Assembly: GCF_000012905.2 (NCBI RefSeq)
Contig: NC_007493.2
Location: 2,640,001 to 2,672,000, forward strand
Direction of reading: 5' to 3'
Length of the DNA: 32,000 bases
Origin: Cereibacter sphaeroides 2.4.1
GTDB taxonomy: Bacteria; Pseudomonadota; Alphaproteobacteria; Rhodobacterales; Rhodobacteraceae
Shown: in pieces, positions 9,199 through 17,478 of the stretch
How positions within the stretch are numbered: the stretch's first letter is position 1
Layout: each line of letters opens with the position of its first letter
The notes under the pieces: generated by a model
Told to the model about the DNA's origin: nothing
The model's input: the letters and a program-made list of their open reading frames with translations, nothing else
The model's database searches: none
Made by a program: the position numbers and the translations under genes

Positions 9199-9687
9199 TC
9201 AGATCGCGGCCAGCAGCGCCTCGCCGCCCGAGGTTTCGCAGACGCCGGGGCTCTCCTCGAGATGGATCACGGCGACCACCCCGTCCTTGGCCTGCAGCGC
9301 ATAGCGGCGCGAGCGGCCGATCAGCCCCACGGGCGGCGCGTCGAAGGCCAGACCCAGAGCCTTGGTGAAGGCGCCATCCGCATCGGCGAGCATGGTGATG
9401 CCCGCCCCCGAAGCGCCGGTGGATTCGCCCCAGGCCTTCATCACGAAGGGATCGTTGACCGAGACGCAGATGATCTCGTCCACGCCCTTGCCCGCGAACT
9501 GGTCCTTGGTGCGGATGAAGGAGGGCACATGGGCCGAGTGGCAGGTGGGCGTGAAGGCCCCCGGCACGGCGAAGATCACCACGTTCCGGCCCTTCAGCCG
9601 CTCCGACAGCTGCACCTGCTCGGGCCCCTCGGCCCCGATCCGCACCAAAGTCGCTTCGGGCAGCCGGTCGCCTACCGAAATCACCAT
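9199..9687 (-). CDS. Peroxiredoxin (Prx5/AhpC-TSA family)
   Basis: The peroxidatic Cys motif PGAFTPTCH is present. The ATG at 9687 (MVISVGDRLPEATL) sits within the longer track ORF 9199..9873. Confidence 0.88.
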   Translation of the reverse strand: MVISVGDRLPEATLVRIGAEGPEQVQLSERLKGRNVVIFAVPGAFTPTCHSAHVPSFIRTKDQFAGKGVDEIICVSVNDPFVMKAWGESTGASGAGITMLADADGAFTKALGLAFDAPPVGLIGRSRRYALQAKDGVVAVIHLEESPGVCETSGGEALLAAI

Positions 9688-9787
9688 CTCTTGTCCCCAT
9701 CGCGTTGCGTTTCCGATGCCGCGAGTTATAGGGTCGCGCCGGACGCCCGGCCAGTCGATTTGTCGCAGGGCTATGGAGTGAAGGGTC

Positions 9788-10993
9788 ATGCCGGACATCG
9801 TGGTGGTCGGAGCGGGACAGGCGGGCGCCGCGCTGGTGGCGAAGCTCAGGGCGCTGAAATTCGAGGGCAGCATCCTGCTTGCCGGCGAAGAGCCGAGCCC
9901 GCCCTACCAGCGTCCGCCCCTGTCCAAGGCCTATCTGCTCGGCACGATGGAGGAGGAGCGGCTCTGGCTGCGCAACCGTGCCTTCTATGCCGAGGCCGGG
10001 ATCGAGCTGCGTCTGGGCGCGCCCGTGACCGCCATCGACCGCGCCGCGCGCACGGTGACGGTGGGCGGCGAGGCGATCCCCTATGGCCGGCTCGCGCTGA
10101 CGACGGGCTCGGCCGCGCGGCATCTGCCCGAGGCCGCGGGCGGCGGGCTCGACGGGGTCTATACCGTCCGCACCCTCGCCGATGTGGACCGGATGCGGCC
10201 CGAGTTCCGGGCGGGCCGCCGGCTCGTGGTGATCGGCGGCGGCTATATCGGGCTCGAGGCCGCGGCGGTGGGCGCGAAGCTCGGCCTTGCCGTGACGGTG
10301 GTCGAGATGGCGCCGCGCATCCTGCAGCGGGTGGCGGCCCCCGAGACGGCGGACTGGTTCCGCGCGCTCCATGCCGCGCACGGGGTGCGCATCCTCGAGG
10401 GCGTGGCGCTCGAACGGCTGACCGGCGAGGGCCGGGTGACAGGCGCGCTTCTGGCCGACGGCACCCATCTTCCCGCGGATTTCGTGATCGCGGGCGTGGG
10501 GATCCGCCCCGTGACGGAGCTTGCCGAAGCGGCGGGCCTCGCGCTCGACAACGGCATCGCGGTGGATGCGCTGGGGCAGACCTCGGACCCCGCCATCTGG
10601 TCGGCGGGCGACTGCGCCTCCTTCCCCTGGAGGGGCGGGCGGCTGCGGCTCGAATCGGTGCAGAACGCCATCGATCAGGCCGAAGCGGTGGCCGCGAACA
10701 TGCTGGGCGCAGGCGCGCCCTACCTGCCCGCGCCCTGGTTCTGGTCGGACCAGTTCGACACCAAGCTCCAGATCGCGGGGCTCAATCTCGGCTACGACCG
10801 GGTGGTGACGCGCGGGCCCGAGGGCGGCTCGGTCTCCTTCTGGTATTACCGCGGCGTGGAGCTGCTGGCCGTCGATGCGGTGAACGAGCCGCGCGCCTAT
10901 ATGGTGGGCAAGCGGCTGATCGAAGCCGGCCGCAGCCCCGCGCCCGACGCGGTGGCCGATGCCGCGGTGCCGCTGAAGTCGCTGCTCGTATGA
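9788..10993 (+). CDS. FAD-dependent pyridine nucleotide-disulfide oxidoreductase (ferredoxin/rubredoxin reductase-like)
   Basis: Two Rossmann motifs (VVVGAGQAGA; VVIGGGYIGLE) and a C-terminal reductase domain. It is divergent from the peroxiredoxin gene. Confidence 0.85.
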   Translation: MPDIVVVGAGQAGAALVAKLRALKFEGSILLAGEEPSPPYQRPPLSKAYLLGTMEEERLWLRNRAFYAEAGIELRLGAPVTAIDRAARTVTVGGEAIPYGRLALTTGSAARHLPEAAGGGLDGVYTVRTLADVDRMRPEFRAGRRLVVIGGGYIGLEAAAVGAKLGLAVTVVEMAPRILQRVAAPETADWFRALHAAHGVRILEGVALERLTGEGRVTGALLADGTHLPADFVIAGVGIRPVTELAEAAGLALDNGIAVDALGQTSDPAIWSAGDCASFPWRGGRLRLESVQNAIDQAEAVAANMLGAGAPYLPAPWFWSDQFDTKLQIAGLNLGYDRVVTRGPEGGSVSFWYYRGVELLAVDAVNEPRAYMVGKRLIEAGRSPAPDAVADAAVPLKSLLV

Positions 10994-11544
10994 GGATCAT
11001 CGGCGGGCAGCGGCGCGGGCTGAAGCTCGCCGAGGTGGGCGACGGCGACGCCAGGGCGCATCTGCGCCCGACCTCGGACCGGGTGCGCGAGGCGATCTTC
11101 AACCTCCTCCTGAACGGAGGCTACGGCAATCCGGTGGCAGGCGCCCATGTGCTCGACCTCTTTGCGGGCACGGGCGCGCTCGGGCTCGAGGCGCTGTCGC
11201 GGGGCGCGCAGCGGGCCAGCTTCGTGGAAAACGGGACGGCGGCGCTGGCGCTCCTGCGGCGCAACATCGCCCTGATGCGGGCCGAGGCGGCCACCGCGGT
11301 CGAGCGGCGCGACGCGACGCAGGCCCCTCCAGTGCCGGCCACGCCCGTCACGCTCTGCTTCCTCGACCCGCCCTATGGCAAGGGACTGGGCGAGCGCGCG
11401 CTTGCCGCCCACGCGGGCTGGCTCGCTCCCGGCGCCCTCGTCCTGTGGGAGGAGAACATCGCCCCGGTTCCGCCGGAAGGCTTCACGCAACTCGACCAGC
11501 GGCGCTACGGCGACACGCTGGTCACCATTCTGGAGGCGCCATGA
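10990..11544 (+). CDS. rsmD: 16S rRNA (guanine966-N2)-methyltransferase RsmD
   Basis: The last 184 codons of track ORF 9115..11544 carry the RsmD motifs: MRIIGGQRRGLKL, RPTSDRVREAIFN, DLFAGTGALGLEALSRGA, FLDPPY. The ATG overlaps the upstream stop (ATGA). Confidence 0.88.
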   Translation: MRIIGGQRRGLKLAEVGDGDARAHLRPTSDRVREAIFNLLLNGGYGNPVAGAHVLDLFAGTGALGLEALSRGAQRASFVENGTAALALLRRNIALMRAEAATAVERRDATQAPPVPATPVTLCFLDPPYGKGLGERALAAHAGWLAPGALVLWEENIAPVPPEGFTQLDQRRYGDTLVTILEAP

Positions 11545-12185
11545 TCGAGGCGGTGATCTTCGACTGCGACGGCGTGCTGGTGGACAGCGAACCCACGGCC
11601 TTCGCGCTTCTGGGCGAGGATCTCGCCCGCCACGGCCTTGCGCTCGACCATGCGACGCTCGAGGCGCATTTCCTCGGCGGCACCATTCCCGGCGCGGCCG
11701 TGACGGCCCGCCGTCTGGGGGCCGACCTGCCTGCGGACTGGGTGGAGGATTTCTACGAGCGGCTCTATGCGCGACTGGCCGAGGGCACGCCGCTCATCCC
11801 CCATGTCGAGGAGGTGGTGGCCGCGCTCGATCAGGCGGGCATCCCCTATGCGGTGGGCTCGAACGGGTCCGACCGCAAGATGCAGGTGACGCTCGGCCAG
11901 CATCCGGCCCTGATGGCGCGGCTCGACGGGCGGCTGTTCTCGGGCCAGTCGATGGATGCGCCGAAGCCCGCGCCCGACCTTTATCTCCATGCCGCCCGCG
12001 CGCTGGGGGTGGAGCCCGACCGCTGCGCGGTGATCGAGGACAGCCCGACCGGCGCCCGCGCCGCCCGCGCTGCCGGCATGACCTGCTTCGGCTATGTGCC
12101 CGACGGCAGTCCGGAGGCGCTCGTGGCCGAGGGCGCGCGGCCCTTCTCGGACATGCGCGAGCTGCCTGCCCTCCTCGGTCTCTAG
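11541..12185 (+). CDS. HAD-superfamily hydrolase (phosphatase, subfamily IA-like)
   Basis: Motif I is FDCDGVLVDSE, with a later IEDSPTGARAARAAGM. The ATG overlaps the rsmD stop (ATGA). Confidence 0.85.
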   Translation: MIEAVIFDCDGVLVDSEPTAFALLGEDLARHGLALDHATLEAHFLGGTIPGAAVTARRLGADLPADWVEDFYERLYARLAEGTPLIPHVEEVVAALDQAGIPYAVGSNGSDRKMQVTLGQHPALMARLDGRLFSGQSMDAPKPAPDLYLHAARALGVEPDRCAVIEDSPTGARAARAAGMTCFGYVPDGSPEALVAEGARPFSDMRELPALLGL

Positions 12186-12211
12186 CGGCCGCCGCGATCT
12201 TCGACTGGAAC

Positions 12212-12230
12212 CCGGCGCCGCCAGCGCCGG
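12212..12230 (+). terminator. Hairpin CCGGCGC-N5-GCGCCGG followed by TT
   Basis: 7-bp perfect inverted repeat lying 27 nt after the HAD gene stop. Confidence 0.4.
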
Positions 12231-12257
12231 TTGCCCTCCGACAGTCACGGAGGCTCC

Positions 12258-13337
12258 ATGCGCGACCCGATCCGATATGCGCCCGACATCGAACGTCCCG
12301 AGGCGGAGGAAGAGCAGACCGAGCGTTTGCTCTGCCGGGCGCTGACCGAGATCCTCGACACGACCTCGGGCAACTACGGCCATGCGGTGCGCGCGGTCCA
12401 TGCCAAGAGCCACGGGATCTTCGAGGCGCGCTTCGAGATCCTGCCCGATCTGCCGCCCGAGCTGGCGCAGGGCCTGTTCGCGCGGCCGGGAAGGCACCCG
12501 GCGCTGGTGCGCATCTCGACCAATCCGGGCGATCTGCTGCCCGACAGCGTCTCGGTGCCCCGCGGGCTCGCGCTGAAGATCCTCGAGGTGGAGGGCGAGC
12601 GCCTTGCCCATGCCGAGGGCGACACGCAGGACTTCGTGATGGTCAATGGCCCGGCCTTCGCGGCACCCGATGCGGCGAGCTTCCTCAAGAGCCTGAACCG
12701 CCTCGCCCGGACCACCGATCAGGCGACCTGGGCCAAGGTCGCTCTGTCCTCGGTGCTCCGCGGGGCCGAGAAGGTGCTCGAGGCCGCCGGCGGCGAGAGT
12801 GCCACGCTGAAGACCATGGGCGGCGCCCCGAACGTGCATCCGCTGGGCGAGAGCTACTTCAGCCAGACGGCCTTCCGGCACGGCGACTTCATCGCGAAAT
12901 ATCAACTGGTCCCCGTCTCGGGCAGCCTCACCCGCCTTACGGGCGAGGAGATCCCCGCCGCCGGCGCGCCGGACGCGCTGCGCGAGCGTGTGGCGCAGGA
13001 TCTGGCCGAAGGCGGCGTCTGGGAGTTTCGCGTCCAGCTCTGCCGGAACGCCGAGACGATGCCGGTCGAGGATCCAAGCCGGATCTGGAGCGAGGAGGAG
13101 AGCCCCTTCGTGACGGTGGCGCGCCTGACCGCACCGCCGCAGCCGGGCTGGAGCGAAGCGCGGGCCGAGGCCGTCGACGATCCGATCCGCTTCTCGGTCT
13201 GGACAGGGCTTGCCGCGCACCGGCCGCTTGGCGCGATCAACCGCGTGCGGCTGGCGACCTACAGGCTCTCCTCCGACTATCGCGCGGCCTGCAACCGCTG
13301 CCCGATCCACGAGCCGGACCGGGTGGACCTGCCCTGA
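12258..13337 (+). CDS. Catalase-related haem protein (small catalase-family peroxidase-like)
   Basis: Distal-His region RAVHAKSHGIF and a C-terminal R...Y region (VRLATYRLSSDYR) resemble catalase-core proteins of about 350 aa. The ATG at 12258 is preceded by GGAGG. Confidence 0.75.
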   Translation: MRDPIRYAPDIERPEAEEEQTERLLCRALTEILDTTSGNYGHAVRAVHAKSHGIFEARFEILPDLPPELAQGLFARPGRHPALVRISTNPGDLLPDSVSVPRGLALKILEVEGERLAHAEGDTQDFVMVNGPAFAAPDAASFLKSLNRLARTTDQATWAKVALSSVLRGAEKVLEAAGGESATLKTMGGAPNVHPLGESYFSQTAFRHGDFIAKYQLVPVSGSLTRLTGEEIPAAGAPDALRERVAQDLAEGGVWEFRVQLCRNAETMPVEDPSRIWSEEESPFVTVARLTAPPQPGWSEARAEAVDDPIRFSVWTGLAAHRPLGAINRVRLATYRLSSDYRAACNRCPIHEPDRVDLP

Positions 13338-13349
13338 CGATCACTTACT

Positions 13350-13396
13350 TGCGAACGGCTCGCAGATTATCCTTGAAGTTTTGCGAATGCCTCGCA
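13350..13396 (+). promoter_or_regulatory. Two tandem Fur/Mur-type palindromic operators in the sitA promoter
   Basis: TGCGAACGGCTCGCA (13350..13364) and TGCGAATGCCTCGCA (13382..13396) each have the form TGCGA-N5-TCGCA, with shared flanks (TTGCGAA...CTCGCA.ATTATC). Their centres are 32 bp apart. The second site overlaps a TTGAAG-N16-CATTAT promoter-like element just upstream of sitA. Confidence 0.65.
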
Positions 13397-13419
13397 TTAT
13401 CATCCCCGGAGGTGCGAGC

Positions 13420-14313
13420 ATGAACATGCGACGGATCGGATGGGCCGCCTCGATGGCGACGCTCCTCATGGCAGGGCCGGCGCTCGCCGACCGGCTGAAG
13501 GTCGCCACGACCTTCACGGTCATCGCCGACATGGCGCAGAACGTGGCGGGCGACGCGGCCGAGGTGGTGTCGATCACCCGCCCCGGCGCCGAGATCCACG
13601 GCTACGAGCCCACGCCGCGCGATATCGTGCGCGCCTGGGACGCGGACCTGATCCTCTGGAACGGGCTCAATCTCGAGCTCTGGTTCGAGCAGTTCCTCTC
13701 CAACCTGAAGGATGTGCCGTCGGTGACGGTGAGCGACGGGATCGAGCCGCTGGCGGTCGCGGGCGGCGAATATCGCGGCAGGCCCAATCCGCACGCCTGG
13801 ATGGGCCTCGACAATGCCATGATCTACATCGACAACATCGCCCGCGCGCTGGCCGAGGCCGATCCGGCCCATGCCGAGACCTATCGGGCCAATGCGGCAG
13901 GCTACAAGGAGCGGCTCCGGGCGACCATCGGGCCCCTGCGCGACCGGATCGCGGCCCTGCCCGAGGAGCGGCGCTGGCTCGTGACCTGCGAGGGCGCCTT
14001 TTCCTATCTCGCCCGCGACTTCGGGCTGAAGGAGCTCTATCTCTGGCCGATGAACACCGATCAGGTCGGCACGCCGCAGCAGGTGCGCACGGTGATCGAC
14101 GGGGTGAAGGCCCACGCGATCCCGGCGGTCTTCTGCGAGAGCACGGTGAACAACGCCCCCGCCCGGCAGGTCGCGCGCGAGACGGGGGCGGCCTACGGCG
14201 GCATGCTCTATGTGGACAGCCTGAGCCCGCGCGACGGGCCGGTGCCGACCTATCTCGACCTCCTGCGGGTGACGGCCGAGACCATCGCGAACGGGCTGGA
14301 GGGCACGAGATGA
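13420..14313 (+). CDS. sitA: Mn/Fe ABC transporter periplasmic substrate-binding protein (cluster A-I, SitA)
   Basis: Signal peptide [23 protein letters not shown]. Metal-SBP motifs are present ([17 protein letters not shown]). GGAGG lies upstream of the ATG. Confidence 0.9.
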   Translation: MNMRRIGWAASMATLLMAGPALADRLKVATTFTVIADMAQNVAGDAAEVVSITRPGAEIHGYEPTPRDIVRAWDADLILWNGLNLELWFEQFLSNLKDVPSVTVSDGIEPLAVAGGEYRGRPNPHAWMGLDNAMIYIDNIARALAEADPAHAETYRANAAGYKERLRATIGPLRDRIAALPEERRWLVTCEGAFSYLARDFGLKELYLWPMNTDQVGTPQQVRTVIDGVKAHAIPAVFCESTVNNAPARQVARETGAAYGGMLYVDSLSPRDGPVPTYLDLLRVTAETIANGLEGTR

Positions 14314-15203
14314 GACCGGAGATCCCCTCGGCCGGGGCGGAGGCGGGCGCGGGCATCTCGGTCCGCGACGTGACCGTGACCTACCGCAACGGCCATACGG
14401 CGCTGCGCCATGCGAGCTTCTCGCTGCCGCGCGGGACGGTGGCGGCGCTCGTGGGCGTCAACGGGGCGGGCAAGTCCACGCTCTTCAAGGCGGTCATGGG
14501 CCTCGTGCCGGTGGGCTCGGGCGAGATCCGGCTGCTCGGTCGCACGGTGCCCGAGGCACTGCGGCAGAATCTCGTCGCCTATGTGCCGCAATCCGAGGAG
14601 GTGGACTGGACCTTCCCGGTGCTCGTCGAGGATGTGGTGATGATGGGCCGCTACGGCCACATGGGCTTCCTGCGCCGCCCGAAGGCCGCCGACCGCGCCG
14701 CCGTGGCCGAGGCGCTGGCCCGCGTCGGCATGGAGGGGCTGCGCCACCGCCAGATCGGCGAGCTCTCGGGCGGTCAGAGGAAGCGCGTGTTTCTCGCCCG
14801 GGCGCTGGCGCAGGAAGGGCAGGTGATCCTGCTCGACGAGCCCTTCACCGGCGTCGATGTCCAGACCGAGGGCGAGATCGTGGCCCTCCTGCGCGAATTG
14901 CGCGCCGAGGGGCGGGTGATGCTGGTTTCGACCCACAATCTCGGCTCGGTGCCGGAATTCTGCGACCGCACCGTGCTCGTGAAGGGCACCGTGCTGGCCT
15001 ACGGGCCCACCGAGACCACCTTCACCCATGCCAATCTCGAGGCGGCCTTCGGCGGCGTGCTCCGGCGCTTCACCCTGTCGGGCACGCTCCTGCACGACGA
15101 CGACGACCCGCGCGAGGTCAGCATCCTCACCGACGACGAGCGGCCCTTCGTGCAGTATGGCGGCCGCACCCACCGGCAGGAGGCCGAGGATGAGCGCGGC
15201 TGA
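14310..15203 (+). CDS. sitB: Mn/Fe ABC transporter ATP-binding protein
   Basis: Walker [10 protein letters not shown], signature LSGGQRKR, Walker [16 protein letters not shown] overlap with sitA. Confidence 0.9.
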   Translation: MRPEIPSAGAEAGAGISVRDVTVTYRNGHTALRHASFSLPRGTVAALVGVNGAGKSTLFKAVMGLVPVGSGEIRLLGRTVPEALRQNLVAYVPQSEEVDWTFPVLVEDVVMMGRYGHMGFLRRPKAADRAAVAEALARVGMEGLRHRQIGELSGGQRKRVFLARALAQEGQVILLDEPFTGVDVQTEGEIVALLRELRAEGRVMLVSTHNLGSVPEFCDRTVLVKGTVLAYGPTETTFTHANLEAAFGGVLRRFTLSGTLLHDDDDPREVSILTDDERPFVQYGGRTHRQEAEDERG

Positions 15204-16050
15204 GCTCTGGGAGCCGTTCCTCTACGGCTACATGACCAACGCCATGTGGGTCTCGGCGCTGGTGGGGGCGGTCTGCGCCTTCCTGTCCTGCTTCCTGATG
15301 CTGAAGGGCTGGTCGCTGATCGGCGACGCCCTCTCGCATTCCGTCGTGCCGGGCGTGGCGGGCGCCTATGTGCTGGGCCTGCCCTTCGCGCTCGGCGCCT
15401 TCCTTGCGGGCGGGCTCGCGGCGGGGGCCATGCTCTTCCTCTCCGGCCGCAGCGGGCTCAAGACCGACGTGGTAATCGGGCTGATCTTCACCTCCTTCTT
15501 CGGGCTCGGCCTCTTCATGATCTCGGTCGATCCGATGGCGATCTCGATCCAGACCATCATCATGGGCAACATCCTCGCCATCTCGCCCTACGACACGGCG
15601 CAGCTCGCGGTGATCGGGGTGGTCTCGCTCGCGATCCTGCTCGCGACATGGAAGGACCTGATGGTGACCTTCTTCGACGAGACCCACGCCCGTTCCATCG
15701 GGATCCGCACGGGGGCGATGAAGCTTCTGTTCTTCACGCTGCTCTCGGCCTCCATCGTGGCGGCGATGCAGACGGTGGGGGCCTTCCTCGTGATTGCCAT
15801 GGTGGTGACGCCCGGCGCCACGGCCTACCTGCTCTGCGACCGCTTCCCGCGCCTGCTGACGCTGGCCGTGGCCATCGGAGCCGCCACGGGCTTCCTCGGG
15901 GCCTACATCTCCTATTTCCTCGACGGGGCCACGGGGGCGGTGATCGTGACGCTGCAGACGGCGCTCTTCCTGCTGGCCTTCACCTTCGCGCCCAAGCACG
16001 GGATGCTGGCCGCCCGCCGCCGCGCTGCCGAGGCGCTGGAGCAGCCATGA
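15190..16050 (+). CDS. sitC: Mn/Fe ABC transporter permease
   Basis: ABC-3 family polytopic membrane protein ([20 protein letters not shown]). It overlaps the sitB stop by 14 nt. Confidence 0.9.
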   Translation: MSAAELWEPFLYGYMTNAMWVSALVGAVCAFLSCFLMLKGWSLIGDALSHSVVPGVAGAYVLGLPFALGAFLAGGLAAGAMLFLSGRSGLKTDVVIGLIFTSFFGLGLFMISVDPMAISIQTIIMGNILAISPYDTAQLAVIGVVSLAILLATWKDLMVTFFDETHARSIGIRTGAMKLLFFTLLSASIVAAMQTVGAFLVIAMVVTPGATAYLLCDRFPRLLTLAVAIGAATGFLGAYISYFLDGATGAVIVTLQTALFLLAFTFAPKHGMLAARRRAAEALEQP

Positions 16051-16895
16051 CCGAGACGCTCCTCTTCCCGTTCCAGTTTCCCTTCATGCAGAACGCCTTC
16101 CTCGTCTGCCTGCTGGTGGCGGTGCCGACGGCGCTTCTCTCCTGCCTTCTGGTCCTGAAGGGCTGGGCGCTGATGGGCGATGCCATCAGCCACGCCATCC
16201 TGCCGGGCGTGGTGCTGGCCTATATCGCGGGCGTGCCGCTGCTGGTGGGCGCCTTCGGCGCGGGCATGGCCTGCGCGCTCGTCACGGGCTTCCTCGCGGG
16301 CAACAGCCGGGTCAAGCAGGACACGGTGATGGGCGTGGTCTTCGCCGGCATGTTCGGGCTGGGGCTGCTGCTCTACACCTCCATCGAGACGGACGTGCAT
16401 CTCGACCATATCCTCTTCGGCAACATGCTGGGCGTGGGACCCGAGGATCTTCTGGTCTCGGGGGCGATCTCGGCGGGCGTGACGGGGGCGCTCCTGCTCA
16501 CCTGGAAGGATCTGCTTCTCCATGCGTTCGATCCGGCGCAGGCGCGGGCCTCGGGCCTCAGGGTGGGGCTGCTGCATTACGGCCTCCTGACCGCGCTCGC
16601 GCTGACCATCGTGGCCACGCTGACCGCCACCGGCCTCATCCTCGCCGTGGGCCTGCTGATCGCGCCGGGAGCCATCGCCTTCCTGACGGTGCGGCGCTTC
16701 GGGCCGATGCTGATCGTTGCGGTGGCGGTCTGCCTTGCCGCGATGCTGGCCGGCACCTATGCGAGCTTCTTCCTCGACAGCGCCCCCGCCCCCACCATCA
16801 TCCTGATCCTGAGCGGGATCTTCGTGCTGGCCTTCCTCGCCCGGCTGCGGCGTAACCGGCGCGCGGCGCTCAGCGCGGCAGCCCCGCCTCGCTGA
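16047..16895 (+). CDS. sitD: Mn/Fe ABC transporter permease
   Basis: Second ABC-3 permease paralogue (LVLKGWALMGDAISHAILPG). ATGA overlap with sitC. Confidence 0.9.
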   Translation: MTETLLFPFQFPFMQNAFLVCLLVAVPTALLSCLLVLKGWALMGDAISHAILPGVVLAYIAGVPLLVGAFGAGMACALVTGFLAGNSRVKQDTVMGVVFAGMFGLGLLLYTSIETDVHLDHILFGNMLGVGPEDLLVSGAISAGVTGALLLTWKDLLLHAFDPAQARASGLRVGLLHYGLLTALALTIVATLTATGLILAVGLLIAPGAIAFLTVRRFGPMLIVAVAVCLAAMLAGTYASFFLDSAPAPTIILILSGIFVLAFLARLRRNRRAALSAAAPPR

Positions 16896-17478
16896 GCAGC
16901 GCCGCCAGCTCCACCGCATTGCGCGCCCCCATCTTCGCAATGAGGCGCGAGCGGTGCAGCTCGACCGTGCGCATGGCGATGCCCAGCGTGTCGGCGATCT
17001 GCTTGTTGAGCCGCCCCTGCAGCATCAGCCGCAGCACCTCCTCCTCGCGCGCGGACAGGGTGGCGAGGCGGCGCGCCACATCCTCGCGCGCGCCGCTGTG
17101 GGCCAGCTGCGCGGCATGGGCCTCGATGGCGGCGAGCACCAGATCGACCAGCGCATTGTCGTTGAAGGGCTTCTCGACGAAATCGAAGGCGCCGGCCTTC
17201 AGCGCGCGCACCGCCACCGGCACATCGGCATGGCCGGTGAGGAAGATCACCGGCGCGGCGCAGCCCGCCGCGCGCAGCCGGTCGAACGTGTCCGGCCCCG
17301 AGATGCCCCCCATCCGCACGTCGAGCATGATGCAGGCGCAGTCGGGCAGCGGCAGCGCCTCGAGAAAGGCCTCGCCCGAGGGCCAGCCCTGCACGCGCAG
17401 CCCCCGCGAGGCGAAGAGAAACGAGAGCGCGTCGCGGATCGCCTCGTCATCGTCGATGATATGGACGCACCCTGTCAT
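16870..17478 (-). CDS. dctR: FixJ/LuxR-family response regulator of C4-dicarboxylate transport
   Basis: Receiver domain (IIDDDEAIRDAL ... IMLDVRMGG) plus a LuxR HTH (LSAREEEVLRLMLQGRLNKQIADTLGIAMRTVELHRSRL). It sits next to dctS and dctPQM, as described for Rhodobacter capsulatus. Confidence 0.85.
   Translation of the reverse strand: MTGCVHIIDDDEAIRDALSFLFASRGLRVQGWPSGEAFLEALPLPDCACIMLDVRMGGISGPDTFDRLRAAGCAAPVIFLTGHADVPVAVRALKAGAFDFVEKPFNDNALVDLVLAAIEAHAAQLAHSGAREDVARRLATLSAREEEVLRLMLQGRLNKQIADTLGIAMRTVELHRSRLIAKMGARNAVELAALLSEAGLPR

Noticed and set aside
9115-10989. The upstream 625 codons of the 809-aa ORF 9115..11544
   Set aside because: This part is antisense or out of frame relative to the peroxiredoxin and flavoprotein genes. 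Only the last 184 codons (rsmD) carry recognisable motifs.
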